Positions 30,831 to 42,191 of a stretch of DNA of 64,000 nucleotides are shown in pieces. A program made the translations under genes and the position numbers. Numbering within the stretch: position 1 is the first letter of the stretch; each line of letters starts with the position of its first letter. The notes beneath the pieces were generated by a model. The model was not told the origin of the DNA. It made no database searches and was given only the letters and a program-made list of their open reading frames with translations. This stretch comes from Calditrichia bacterium (lineage in GTDB: Bacteria; Calditrichota; Calditrichia; JAJRVZ01): contig CAWCNS010000011.1 of assembly GCA_963796965.1 (NCBI GenBank), positions 288,001-352,000 on the forward strand. The letters are read 5' to 3'.

Positions 30831-33117
30831 TTAAAATGTAAAATTTACCCCAACCGTCGGTAAAAACGGCAGCATGTATTGTTCCTCGATCTCTGGTTTT
30901 CCCTCTTCATAGCCATAACTGATAAACCATACATTACCCCGATTACCGATATTGTATATCTGCAGATAGGGGGCCATCATCCAACCCGCATACTGAATCT
31001 GATAGGATAAAGAAAGATCCATGCGTACATAATCGGGCAAGCGGATATTATTAATCTTTGTTGGTGCATAATGCACATCTTTCTGAGAATCAAAAGGACC
31101 CGAACCGGTTAAATAGGCTGAACCCGGTTCCGTCAATGGCTGCCCGGTAGAATAAACAAAATTCGTTCCCAGGATCAATTTATTTTTGCCTTCTATCAGA
31201 TCATAGTTACCCATGGCATTGATCGTTGAGGTGCGGTCATGCCGGGGCATAAACCAACGGTCCTGATTTATCCGGTCAATTCTGTATTCCGTATGCGAAT
31301 AGGAATATCCCAACCAGCCACGCAGACGCCCCCGGTCCTTGCGCAGAAGTACTTCAAAACCATAGGTTTTACCATCACCACGATTGAAAACATGATTCAT
31401 GGTATTAAAAATGGGCCGTCCATCGGCATGGTGATCATCTGCGACAATTTCCGCACCCACATTCTGATTAAACGAATAAATATTTTGGTAATCTTTGTAG
31501 TAACCATCAACCTCAAATTCATAATCATCGCGAAATCTCCTGTTGGTAGCCAAGTTGGAAATGATCCGAACGCGCCCGATCCTGATATTTGCCGGACACT
31601 GTCCAGATATCTGAAATAAAGAAGCGGGGGATTCGGTGCAGGTATTGGTAGTAACGTCCCGCTGCTCCACGCAATACAATTGTTTCTGTGAGACGATATT
31701 TGACAGAAAAACGTGGTGCCCAATCCTGAGATGATGTCTCCATTTGAAAATAGTTAAAACGCGTACCTAGCTCGAAATCCCAATCAGGATTTGGTTTCCA
31801 GTTTAGAACACCATAGAGAGCACTCTGAAAGCCCTTTTCCTGGATATCGATAATCATACCGGCGTCATTAAAGATATAGTCAAGTTCCAGGGACTTATGC
31901 TCAAAGCCAAAGCGGCTGCTAAAATTATCCGTTATATGATACTCCATTTTACCCTTAACGGTCAGATCATTGACTGTATTTTTTTCGCTGACCTTCAGCA
32001 GATCAAAACCGAAATCGGAATTAAAGGTACTATAGGTTACCCAAAAATTTGAAAAAAGCCGCGGTGAGAACACATGTGTCCAGCGCACACTACCGGTCCT
32101 GTTGCCCCAATCATATTGAAATCCTTCCTGATCTGTAGATTCATTGTTTAGGATTAAATCCAGAAAATCATCACCGCCATACCCGCTAATGGTCAGTTTA
32201 TTGTTTTTATCAAGATCAAAGTATGCCTTTATACTTCCATCGTAGAAATAATAATCGGGGACATCATCGAGATAGGGCGCAATGGTTTTGTCAAAATAGG
32301 TACGCCGGATCGAGCCTGATAAGGACCCGATATTGCCAATGGGCATTTGCAGGGTCGTTTTAAGTGATAGGACACTGATATTTGCCGTACCTTCAAATTC
32401 TTCGCGATTGCCATCGAGATTAGTGATATCCAGAACAGAAGTTAGACGTCCCCCATAGTCTGCCCCAAAGCCACCTTTTGATAATTCCACATGTTTGATT
32501 GCATCGGAGTTAAAGGTTGAGAAGAGACCAAACATATGCTCCGGATTATAAACATCAGTTCCATCAAGCAGATATAAGTTTTGGTCCGGTGTGCCCCCGC
32601 GGATATAAAGTGCCGAGGAAAAATCTGATAGGGGTACAACGCCAGGCAAAGTCTGTAAGGTACGTAGCAGATCAGCTTCTGCTACCTGTGGGACACTTCT
32701 GATCTGTTGCGGAGATAATTGGACGGTTGAGATCGATTTATCATAAAGTCGTTCAATCGTCCGCTGAGAATCTGCATTGACAACAATAACTTCTGTTTCC
32801 AACATATTTTGATTAAGAAATATAGTGAGTTTAATATCTTCTCCGTTTGTAATAGTTATCTCTTTTCTAAATTGTTCATACCCCATATAATCACAAAGGA
32901 CAAGATGATTGCCAACGGGAATTTCCGGTATCACATAATAACCACTCAGGTTTGTGCTACCACCTATCGTTGTATTTTGTAGATAGATATTGGCACCAAT
33001 TAAGGCTTCACCATTGGTTGCATCATAAACAAAGCCTGACAATGTGGCGATTTTATCTTCCTTTGCTGCTACTAGCGCGCACATAAAAAACAGCAAGACT
33101 ATGACTCTAATTTTCAT
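30831..33117 (-). CDS. TonB-dependent receptor with CarboxypepD_reg-like N-domain (frameshift near 31533)
   Basis: GFVYDATNGEALIGANI, LQTLPGV, IRGGTPDQNL plug, GRLTSVLDI; second ORF ends LPTVGVNFTF; extra T in ATTTCGCGATGA. Confidence 0.88.
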
Positions 33118-33142
33118 TACTTTATCTCCTCTAAATTACGTT

Positions 33143-33817
33143 TCAATCCATTATGTTTAGGGCAACATTTCGGCTTGCTGGTGTATAGGAACCCCAAAAA
33201 AAGACCATCCCCATGCCAACCTCTACGCCACTACGGTTATGGTCAGCATCAAAGTCAACCATATGGTATTTGGCCTCAATATTGAGAGCAACGCTGGGTG
33301 AAAAGTGGATATTTAAACCGGCTGCGCCATATCCACCAGGCGAGAGATTCGTATTAACCGTTCCTTTTTCAACCCCATACTCATGCGTTACATGAATATC
33401 GGACAAGATATAGGTACCCAGGCCGCCACCCACATAAGGCTTTATTATACTTTGTGATGTTACCGGTAAAAGATCAACACGTACTCCGGCTAATAAGGGT
33501 ACCGCTGCAAAGACCTCAACATCCTCTTCCATATGCCATTTATGGTCCGCCATAAAACGCGCCAGGCCACCTACTGAAAATTCTACTGATAGGCGGTCTG
33601 AAAATCTGGAAAAAACAAAAAAGATAGCACCAGCACCTCCGCTCGATTCAGCATTAATTCGGGTATAGCCAACACGCTCGAAACTGGCTGAATGCGGCCC
33701 GCCATCATAATAGGAGAATCGAAATCCGATGCCCGTAGACTTAATTTCATTTTGTCCATAAAGGTGTATAGATAAGACCATGACAAGTATAAGTGTTAGG
33801 TTTATAATTGTTTTCAT
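33143..33817 (-). CDS. Outer membrane beta-barrel protein (OmpW/OmpA-like), paralogous to the N-domain of 27696-29303
   Basis: Likely start MKTIINL with GGAGG RBS; KPYVGGGLG, ALNIEAKYH. Confidence 0.75.
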   Translation of the reverse strand: MKTIINLTLILVMVLSIHLYGQNEIKSTGIGFRFSYYDGGPHSASFERVGYTRINAESSGGAGAIFFVFSRFSDRLSVEFSVGGLARFMADHKWHMEEDVEVFAAVPLLAGVRVDLLPVTSQSIIKPYVGGGLGTYILSDIHVTHEYGVEKGTVNTNLSPGGYGAAGLNIHFSPSVALNIEAKYHMVDFDADHNRSGVEVGMGMVFFWGSYTPASRNVALNIMD

Positions 33818-33865
33818 TGTTCCCTCCGATTGGTTAAAAATTATATGTTTGTTGTGAGAGATAAG

Positions 33866-33880
33866 GCAAGATGGATGCCA
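33866..33880 (-). promoter_or_regulatory. Sigma-54 -24/-12 promoter of the OM/TonB operon
   Basis: TGGCAT-CCATC-TTGC, 49 bp before the ATG; candidate activator palindrome GCGGAAATTTTCCGC at 33978-33992. Confidence 0.75.
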
Positions 33881-34011
33881 AAGATTCAACGAGAATAACA
33901 CATAGCCTAAGGCATTGTTTTAAAAGGCTTTATGAATACCTATGCATATGAGGAATTATGGGGAAATGAGGAGAAGTGCGGAAATTTTCCGCGGAAAATC
34001 AGGCTTTAACA

Positions 34012-34115
34012 GAAATGTCCAATGATCAAAACCAAAATGACAAATCAAACTCCAATGACTCAAATCCAAACACTATATTCCAATTTATGGCATTTGAATT
34101 TGGACATTTGTCACT
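34012..34115. repeat. Heptamer hairpin flank of the four-helix-bundle gene
   Basis: AATGTCC/AATGACA/AAATCC-type heptamers and their reverse complements; inverted relative to 34500-34550. Confidence 0.8.
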
Positions 34116-34139
34116 ATATAAATATGTTCAATTATTCTT

Positions 34140-34502
34140 TTATTTTTTATGATTTATAATGGATGAAAATATCAAAGTTAACTCGTGTGCTTCTTTCCAC
34201 AAAAATCGAGTCTCAATCAAAAATGTTGGATTTGCCTTGGCAATCATTCGTAGCCAATGCCTTGTCTCTTTACTTTCTTTTCTGCACAGACTAATTCGAT
34301 ATATAAAATCCTTCTTAGTATTAGCGGCATCAGCCTCCATGTAATTTGCTCCAACACTCGTCCCGGATCTTACAACTTGACTAATGAGTGAATTATTTAC
34401 TGGATTCCGCTGCAGAGATTTTACAAACTCAATTATTTTTTCACCAAAGACAGCAGTACGCTCCTCCAAATCATATTTCAAATTATCTCCTGATTCTGAC
34501 AT
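34140..34502 (-). CDS. Four-helix-bundle protein (23S rRNA IVS / bAvd-like family)
   Basis: YDLEERTAVF, QVVRSGTSVGANYMEA, KKDF, KESKETRHWL; likely start MSESG at 34502. Confidence 0.93.
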   Translation of the reverse strand: MSESGDNLKYDLEERTAVFGEKIIEFVKSLQRNPVNNSLISQVVRSGTSVGANYMEADAANTKKDFIYRISLCRKESKETRHWLRMIAKANPTFLIETRFLWKEAHELTLIFSSIINHKK

Positions 34503-34525
34503 TGGAACTTGGACATTCAATTGGC

Positions 34526-35011
34526 ATTGGGATTTGGACATTTGACATTAAATTAACATGCAATAATCTTGCCAAATACTTGTAATTAATTAAAGCAACG
34601 ATAAAATGTCCAATATCAAAATCCGAATGACAAATCAAATCCCAATGCCTCAATATCAACTATCTATTCTCATCTTGTGACTTTGGAATTGGGATTTGGA
34701 CATTTGACATTAAATTGACATGCAATAATCTTGCCAAATACTTGTAATTAATTAAAGCAACGATAAAATGTCCAATATCAAAATCCGAATGACAAATCAA
34801 ATCCCAATGCCTCAATATCAACTATCTATTCTCATCTTGTGACTTTGGAATTGGGATTTGGACATTTGACATTAAATTAACACGCAATAATCTTGCCAAA
34901 TACTTGTAATTAATTAAAGCAACGATAAAATGTCCAATATCAAAATCCGAATGACAAATCAAACCCCAATGCCTCAATATCAACTATCTATTCTCATCTT
35001 GTGACTTTGGA
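34526..35011. repeat. Three near-identical tandem copies of a 162-bp unit
   Basis: Units start at 34526, 34688 and 34850; each has heptamer hairpin arms and a minus-strand TGGCAA-GATTA-TTGC motif (34560, 34722, 34884). Confidence 0.93.
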
Positions 35012-35147
35012 ATTGGACATTCAATTGACATTGGGATTTGGATATTTGAAATTAAAACACGACGGCGAACACACACCGTATAACAGAATCTTCGACTAGT
35101 TCGCCCCTACGAGATATGTCTGCCAATACTACAAAAGAAGAAAAATC

Positions 35148-37709
35148 TTATATTTGCTCGAGCAATAGCGGCAAATTAGCAAGAATCTGATCAAGAAACG
35201 GGTCAAATTTTTTAGGTAATCCACGATAGGGCGGCGCCTGCTCATTAGCGGGAATATCTGCCTGCGCAGGAAGTCCGCTGTAGTTTTTAAGATTGGTTAA
35301 ATAATCTTTTATTTTCTGTTGGATATTTTCTAAAAGAATCTCATCGGCTGAACCAGCAATTGTATTTATCGCTTCTGCAATATTTAACTCAGATTCAACG
35401 ATCTGCCGGAAACAAATCCCTTTAACATATTCTGTTATGGTTCCTCGGTCACGATTACCGAGAAGATTTGCCGTCTGGGTTACCGCTGAACGTGAGAATT
35501 TAAATGTGCGCATCAAATCAAGAATCTGGTCTTCCAAAGGTTTATGCACCATTTGTAACCGATCGGTCTCCTGCGCCTTTTTAATATCCTCGGGTAAATC
35601 ATCCTCCTGAATCATGCTTCGTCCTTCACTCTGAGCAAGAATGGCCGCTCTTCGGATACAGTTTTCCAACTCTCTAACGTTTCCTGGCCAGGAATAGACA
35701 TTTAATACCTTTATTGCCTGACTTGAAAATCCGGAAATATCTTTATAACCATGCTTTTTTATAAAATGATCTGCCAAAAGACCAATATCTTCTATTCGTT
35801 CTCGGAGTGGCGGTACGTTAATAGGAAATCCATTAAGTCTGTAAAACAGATCTGATCGAAATTCTTCTTTATCAATTAAATGCTGGATATTTTTATTTGT
35901 TGCTGCAATAATCCGAACATCTGAGTGTATTTCTTTTTGCCCACCAACACGCTCAAATTTCGATTCCTGCAGGATCCGCAGCAGACGGGATTGAAAGGCC
36001 GGGCTGGTTTCGGTCACCTCATCGAGAAAGACGGTTCCCCCCTCAGCCAACTCAAACCGTCCTTTTCTTAAGGAGGTTGCCCCGGTAAAACTGCCGCGCT
36101 CATGACCAAACAACTCACTCTCCAGAAGGGTCTCGGGCAAGGCGCCACAATTAACCGCCACAAAGGGTGCCGAATTTCGTTTACTGCGCTTATGAATAAT
36201 TTGTGCAATCACCTCTTTTCCTGTTCCGGTTTCTCCGGTAATCAAAACGGGAATATCATCCGTGCTAACTTTTGCCACCAATTCCATCACCTCTTTCATG
36301 ATGCTTGTTTTCGCATAGATCATTCCCTCATCATCAACCTGCTCAGGTCTTTTTATAGGATTGCGGTAGGTTTGCAGATCAGCAAGCTCCTTCTCCAGAT
36401 CGGCAATGGATTGTTTTTGCTGTTCAATCTCCTCCTTGTTTTTCTCTGATAATTCTTTCTCCTGGAATAATTTGCTATGAAGTTCTTTCAACTCATCACG
36501 TGTTGACTCTAGTTGATTTTCTTTTTCATTCAGTTGCCGGTCCAATTCTGAGGTAAACAGGCCACTTTCCAAAAGATTTTCCTTCGCTGCAGCCACTTTT
36601 GCCATGATCCCGGCAATAATCATGGTTACCAGTGGATAGATGAGTGGAAAAAGAAGGTTAAACAGGAGCGCTGCCCCCAGGGCACAAATAGCATACCCAA
36701 TACATATCAGGTAGTTGATGTTAATTGGCATTCCGGCAAGATTAATCCGCCACCTAATAAAACAAAATAATCCTAAAACAAAGATAATAATCAATCCCAA
36801 GAGGGGATGAAGTACATTCAGCCAATTATGTTTTATTAGATTATTCAGAGCGGCGATGTGTATGAACGAAGCGGGTACCTGGTCCTTGAGCGGGGTACTT
36901 TTAATCTGAGCCACACCGGTTACTGAATTAATAATGACCACTATTTTGTCTTCAAAATCTAACTTTTCCGGCTCATTCCGGAAGATTTGTAAAAAGTTCA
37001 CAAAACTATATCGCTGTTCGATATCTTCAAAATCAGGATAGTTTATATAGAGGGAACCGGTATGGTTGATAACATCCTCATTTATGGCCTTAAGGTTATT
37101 TGCATCAGCATCATTGCCGGAACGGGCAGGTTCATTAAATATCCTGGCCAATGCTGTAGCAAAAGAATACTGTGTTCCTTCAGATGAATTTACCGATAAA
37201 GGAAGTTGATAAATAACCGCATCCGACCCGAGGTTACTAAATCCATTTGCGGCCGCAGATTTGCTTATAATCGATATGGAATTATGGGGATCTATTCCAA
37301 CTATTTCAGAGTTCTCGTTTTTCAGTTCAGAGAAAAACATGGGCAATACGACGTTTCCAGATGAAGTGAGAAAATCAGCCATGGTAGAATCATAACGAGG
37401 ATAGCGTTTATCAGGACCGGAGAAAAATATATCCAGACCGATGGCTTTTGCACCACTTAGATTTGCTGCATAAATGGCATAGCTATAATAATCCCGTGAA
37501 ATGGGCCAGCCATCTAATAAGCGGACATCCTCATCACCAATCGTGATAATAACAATGTCATCAGAAAGAGGCGCAGCAGGTAAAATCCATTGATACAATG
37601 ATATCTCTGCTTTCAAAATTACTTCATTGAACGACCCCGGCAATAAATATAATATTGCCAGACTAAGGGGAATCAAGACAAGGAATGAAAGTTTTGATGG
37701 TTTTCTCAA
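35148..37709 (-). CDS. Membrane CHASE2-domain sigma-54 enhancer-binding protein
   Basis: DIVIITIGDE..WPISR..AKAIGLDIFF (CHASE2), TM helices, coiled coil, GETGTGKE, ESELFGHERGSFTGA, WPGNVRELEN. Confidence 0.9.
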   Translation of the reverse strand: MRKPSKLSFLVLIPLSLAILYLLPGSFNEVILKAEISLYQWILPAAPLSDDIVIITIGDEDVRLLDGWPISRDYYSYAIYAANLSGAKAIGLDIFFSGPDKRYPRYDSTMADFLTSSGNVVLPMFFSELKNENSEIVGIDPHNSISIISKSAAANGFSNLGSDAVIYQLPLSVNSSEGTQYSFATALARIFNEPARSGNDADANNLKAINEDVINHTGSLYINYPDFEDIEQRYSFVNFLQIFRNEPEKLDFEDKIVVIINSVTGVAQIKSTPLKDQVPASFIHIAALNNLIKHNWLNVLHPLLGLIIIFVLGLFCFIRWRINLAGMPININYLICIGYAICALGAALLFNLLFPLIYPLVTMIIAGIMAKVAAAKENLLESGLFTSELDRQLNEKENQLESTRDELKELHSKLFQEKELSEKNKEEIEQQKQSIADLEKELADLQTYRNPIKRPEQVDDEGMIYAKTSIMKEVMELVAKVSTDDIPVLITGETGTGKEVIAQIIHKRSKRNSAPFVAVNCGALPETLLESELFGHERGSFTGATSLRKGRFELAEGGTVFLDEVTETSPAFQSRLLRILQESKFERVGGQKEIHSDVRIIAATNKNIQHLIDKEEFRSDLFYRLNGFPINVPPLRERIEDIGLLADHFIKKHGYKDISGFSSQAIKVLNVYSWPGNVRELENCIRRAAILAQSEGRSMIQEDDLPEDIKKAQETDRLQMVHKPLEDQILDLMRTFKFSRSAVTQTANLLGNRDRGTITEYVKGICFRQIVESELNIAEAINTIAGSADEILLENIQQKIKDYLTNLKNYSGLPAQADIPANEQAPPYRGLPKKFDPFLDQILANLPLLLEQI

Positions 37710-37852
37710 CCTGTACCCGGATTTTTATCCACGAATTATTAACGATTATATTAAATGTATAAACAAAATATAAAAATAATCTAATAAAAATATTGATATG
37801 GGGTAGAAAAATAAATAAAAAATGCATTTAAGGAAATTGGTAATTGTTACGA

Positions 37853-38020
37853 TAGCACGCGGATGACACGGATAACGCTGATCTCCACGGATTGAAAGAA
37901 TTTTTTATACTTTTTAAATAATCACTTATCTGAAATCCTGAGGTAAAACAGCAAGATCAAAATAATATAATATTAAAAATATCCGTGAGAATCCGTGTTA
38001 TCTGTGTCATCCGTGTTCTA
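37853..38020. mobile_element. Family A element
   Basis: TAGCACGCGGATGACACGGAT ... ATCTGTGTCATCCGTGTTCTA with the shared core. Confidence 0.88.
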
Positions 38021-38027
38021 TTACCTC

Positions 38028-41000
38028 CTATTCATTGCGTAGAGCAGGCAATAAATCGCCCCGAGTGGCAAATTTAACAGCAATGTAAGTCCACAGGATT
38101 CCACTCCCGACAATTGTCAGGAATAATAAAAGAATGGTCAAATACGGCACTGCTGTACCTGGTCTTAACAAAGCAGGAAGGACAGGCTATAAGTGAGGCA
38201 AATAAGCCACAGAACGAGCCAATAAACAAAAGATAGATATGCTCAGAAAGAATTAATTTCTGAATTTTGCCGGATCCAAATCCGACTGCCTTTAGCAAGG
38301 CAAGCTCACCACGTCTTTCCAGAACATTTCGCGCCACGACAACACCCAAACCTATGGTTCCAAGAATAAGACCCAGACCTCCCAAAATTAAAAAAATTGA
38401 AAGATAGGTATTTTCCACCTGGTTAAAAGCATCCAGTCGTGATGAAGTTGAGGCGATGCTTATACCTAAATCCTGCAACCCCCAGGACAATCTTTGAGAA
38501 AGAGAATCTGCCGACTCCTGAGGTACATCAATAAGAAACATGCGGTGTCCGCTTATGGAGGGATATTTCTCCATCAGATTTTTTTCAGAGATAAGAACAT
38601 TGCCTTGGAAAATGGAGTTTGCCAGGCCCGCCATCAACTTGACATAAAATTTCTTGCCTTTTTCATCATGATAGGTAATGGTGTCACCAACGGATTTCCC
38701 TAAACCCCATATTATTACAGTCTCATCAGCTATACCGGGTATAATATCACCCCCTATATCTGCATGAAGAACCTGCCAAGGATTCTCAACCTCCACACCG
38801 TCTGAAAGCGAAGCGAAGGTAAATGCCCCTCTTCGATTGAGTTCATCTGGATCAAAACCTATAAGTTGAGGCGCTGAAACCCGATTCAGATTTAAACAAC
38901 TGGCATCATCACCTTCTTTTACCCGGAAGGAGAGAAATTCGACAGACGCCCTTGATAGGTCCCCCAAACCATAAAAGTCATTCTCGGTATTTAAATCATA
39001 TAATACTGGCATTTCTGTCTGCCCAATCAAGGCAAAGCCTCCTGTCCCGGCAGACCTTTGATATGGATCCTGAATCTTGCCATGCCGGTTCGCACCTACC
39101 GTGAAGATGATAAATAATCCACTGGCAAGGAGACCGACAATCAAGAGACTACGCCCCTTTTGGCGGGTCATATTCTCCCGGCTAATCTTTAATAGGGAAA
39201 TCTTTGTTGCAATTGATTTTTTTTGTATCCAATCGAAGAAATAGGATGTAAAGGCAAGACCTGACATAAGAACCAAAAAACCTGATCCAAAAAAGGCACC
39301 TGCCGCATCCTTTCCCTGACCGGGGCCAGTGTAAATAATTAAAAACAGGGCTGAGATTAATGTCCCCAGGGCAAAAAGTAAATTATATCTGGATAGCCAT
39401 TTTTTTTGTGTGGCAGATCCCACTTTGCTCAGACCGGCCTGCAAACTGCTCACCGATCTTTTTGACCGGTTCCTGATCATTATTATCATAGTTAGAAAAG
39501 CTACCAGGATCCCTGCGACAGCGCCTGTAATAATAGTGCCTGATTCAATATGCGTTGTAAGGGCTGAGGTTCCAACAGCACCTTTCCAAACAGATCTAAG
39601 CGCCATGATAATGATTTGGTTATAGGTGATCCCAAGGAACGATCCTATCACCCCCCCAAAAATGGCAAGAAGACCATATTCATAAAGAAGAATACGACGC
39701 ACCTGTTTCTGCATAAATCCAAGTGCAAAATATAAACCGATCTCTCTTGTTCGCTGTTCGATTGTGAGGATAAACAGTAAGGAAGTCAATAATAATGCCG
39801 CGATCATCACAAAGAAACTCAGCCCGAGGAACAATTCAGCAAAATCTACTGATTCCTGACTCGCTCTTATTCCTTCTTGTTTAAGGGATAGAAAAACAAA
39901 ACCATAGTTCTTCGGATTAAGAGCATTTCTTAATTCTCCTTTAAGATTTGAGATATCATCACGTGTAAATCTAATTGCTGTCAGATCCCCAAAACGGTTT
40001 TGCCACAAATTTTGAGCTGCCCTTATAGTGATAAAGGCTTTTGGTATTCCCCGATAAACATCCCAGTAAGCCTCATCTTTTTTCCGGATTTTATCCAGAT
40101 CCACCGGAATACCAGGATCCCAATCCCGGCAATTTTCCTCTCCTGCCAATCCTGGAAAGTCGGGCATTAAATTCTGATCTGCATAAATACCTGAGATGGG
40201 TACAATAGTTCTTACCTTAAAGAGTGACTCCTTTTCGGTGAGACTTCGATTGGAGCCGATGATATAGTACTTTAATTTAATCCGATCACCCTTTTTGATA
40301 CCCAAATCGGCGGCCAGCCAGGAATTCACAATTATTTCATCATCTTTCATTTCTTTAGGGACCAAGGGACTTCCAGGCGCAGAAACAAATGAATAGGGGG
40401 TATTTTTCTTATCGTTACTAATTTCATTTACAAAATAGGTAAAAACAGGTACTATCTGGTTGTCAATTTTATGGATTTTATCTGAGATGTCAGATTGGAT
40501 AAATATGCGTTCACTTTTCATTTCGATGAGAGAAGGATCATCCAATAATTCAAGGTGCAGTCCAATATCCTCAAGCGTCCACACCTTTTCCAGGGCCAGT
40601 TCTAATTCTTCCTGTTGTATCGTCTTTTCTTGCCTGGCTGCAATGAGCAAAATATTAGCCCGGTCATTAATTTCCATCAAACTATTAAGATAAGAGAGTG
40701 ATACAAAGACAGTATTGGGCACAATCTGGTGTGATTTTAAATTAAAATGGCCAAAATCTGATTTTGAGGCAATTGCTTTAATTTGAACACGGGTGGCAAT
40801 GGATAGATCTGAATCGCGGGAAAAAGGTGCATCTGTAGAAAGATATTCGATTTTCAAGAGACGTAACAGAAATGAATCTCCTGCCTTAAGACCCAGTTTC
40901 GAGGCAAGTTGTTCATTTATTATCACCTCATTTTCCTGAAGGTGATAAAGTGAAGGCGGTGTATTTCCAATATCTTCAAAGCGTTCATCTACACCGACGA

Positions 41001-41322
41001 TCTGAACCGGTCTGGCGTTCCGGGACTTCCCGGGTGTAATGGCCATCCCCCGTGTTCTCAGGATGGGAGCAACCGTGGTTTTCAGGTTTTGTTCCAGATC
41101 ATCAGCTAATTGATTTCTAAAATATTGGTCCCCCAGATCCAGCGCAAATTCAGTTTTACCCAACCGCTCTGAGACCAAGCCTAGCAGACTATAACGAACG
41201 GAATCTCCCACTATGAGGGCACCTACAAGGATTGCAGTTGCAAGAGTGATTCCCAGCAAGGTACCGATGTTGGTACGTCGGTAAAATACCAGGTTATTTA
41301 AGATCAATTTACGCAGCGCCAT
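38028..41322 (-). CDS. Large FtsX/MacB-type ABC permease (frameshift near 38185)
   Basis: Two FtsX repeats (EQRTREIGLYFALGF, ERRGELALLKAVGF); the shifted frame ends KFATRGDLLPALRNE* at 38028. Confidence 0.88.
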
Positions 41323-41327
41323 AATAT

Positions 41328-42012
41328 CTATAATTCCAATCTGCCTTCCACTAAATTATATGTTTTATCCATATGTTCCGCCAATTTTGAGGAATGTGTT
41401 ACAACGACGAGTGTCACATTTTCCTCCTTGTTCAGCGAGACCAGCAACTCCCCTAAATTATCCGCCGCTGTTTGATCAAGAGATCCTGTCGGTTCATCGG
41501 CAAGGATGAGTTGTGGTTTGTTGATCAGTGCTCTCACGACAGCCACACGCTGTTGCTCCCCACCTGATAATTGATCAGGGCGATGGTCACATGATCCACC
41601 CAATCCAACCTTTTTCCAGTAGGTTGTTGGCCCTTAGCTTCGCTGAGCTCCAAGGGAGCATTTGATTTAAAAGCAAGTGTCGGAATAAGTACATTTTCCA
41701 GTACTGTGCATTGAGGTAAAAGATGGTGCAGTTGAAAGACAAATCCGATTTTTTTATTTCGAAAGGCGGCTAACTCTGTTTCATTGAGGTCGGCCAATTT
41801 CTGGCCATCGCATACTACTTCACCGAATCAGAGGGCTGGTCAAGACTTCCGATGATATTTAACAACGTGCTTTTTCCTGATCCTGATGGCCCAATAATGG
41901 CAATAGATTCGCCCTGGGTAACCTTCAAGGAGAGATCATCAAGCACAACCCGTGACTCTGACCCTGATGGTGATTCATATGATTTTGAGATGTTTTTAAG
42001 TTCTAACAGCAC
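41328..42012 (-). CDS. LolD/MacB-type ABC ATPase (two frameshifts)
   Basis: GPSGSGKST, IGFVFQLHHLL, LSGGEQQRVA, LADEPTGSLD and VTH are spread over three ORF pieces. Confidence 0.88.
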
Positions 42013-42033
42013 GATTTACTCCTATATATATAA

Positions 42034-42191
42034 TAGCACGCGGATGACACGGATTTTCACGGATTTTTTAATTATTATATTTTTTTGATCTTGCTGTTTT
42101 ACCTCATGATTTAAGAAGAGTGATAATTTAAAAAATATAAAAATTCTTTTAATCCTTGGAGATCCGCGTTATCCGTATCATCCGTGGGCTA
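42034..42191. mobile_element. Family A element, core inverted; supplies the stop codon of the upstream gene
   Basis: Core GATCTTGCTGTTTTACCTCA is the reverse complement of the 37853 core; terminal CTA 42189-42191 is a TAG stop. Confidence 0.88.

Noticed and set aside
34526..35011. CRISPR array or DGR template/variable repeats
   Set aside because: Whole 162-bp units repeat with no unique spacers; they are non-coding with too few differences to show a pattern; no DGR-type RT is nearby.
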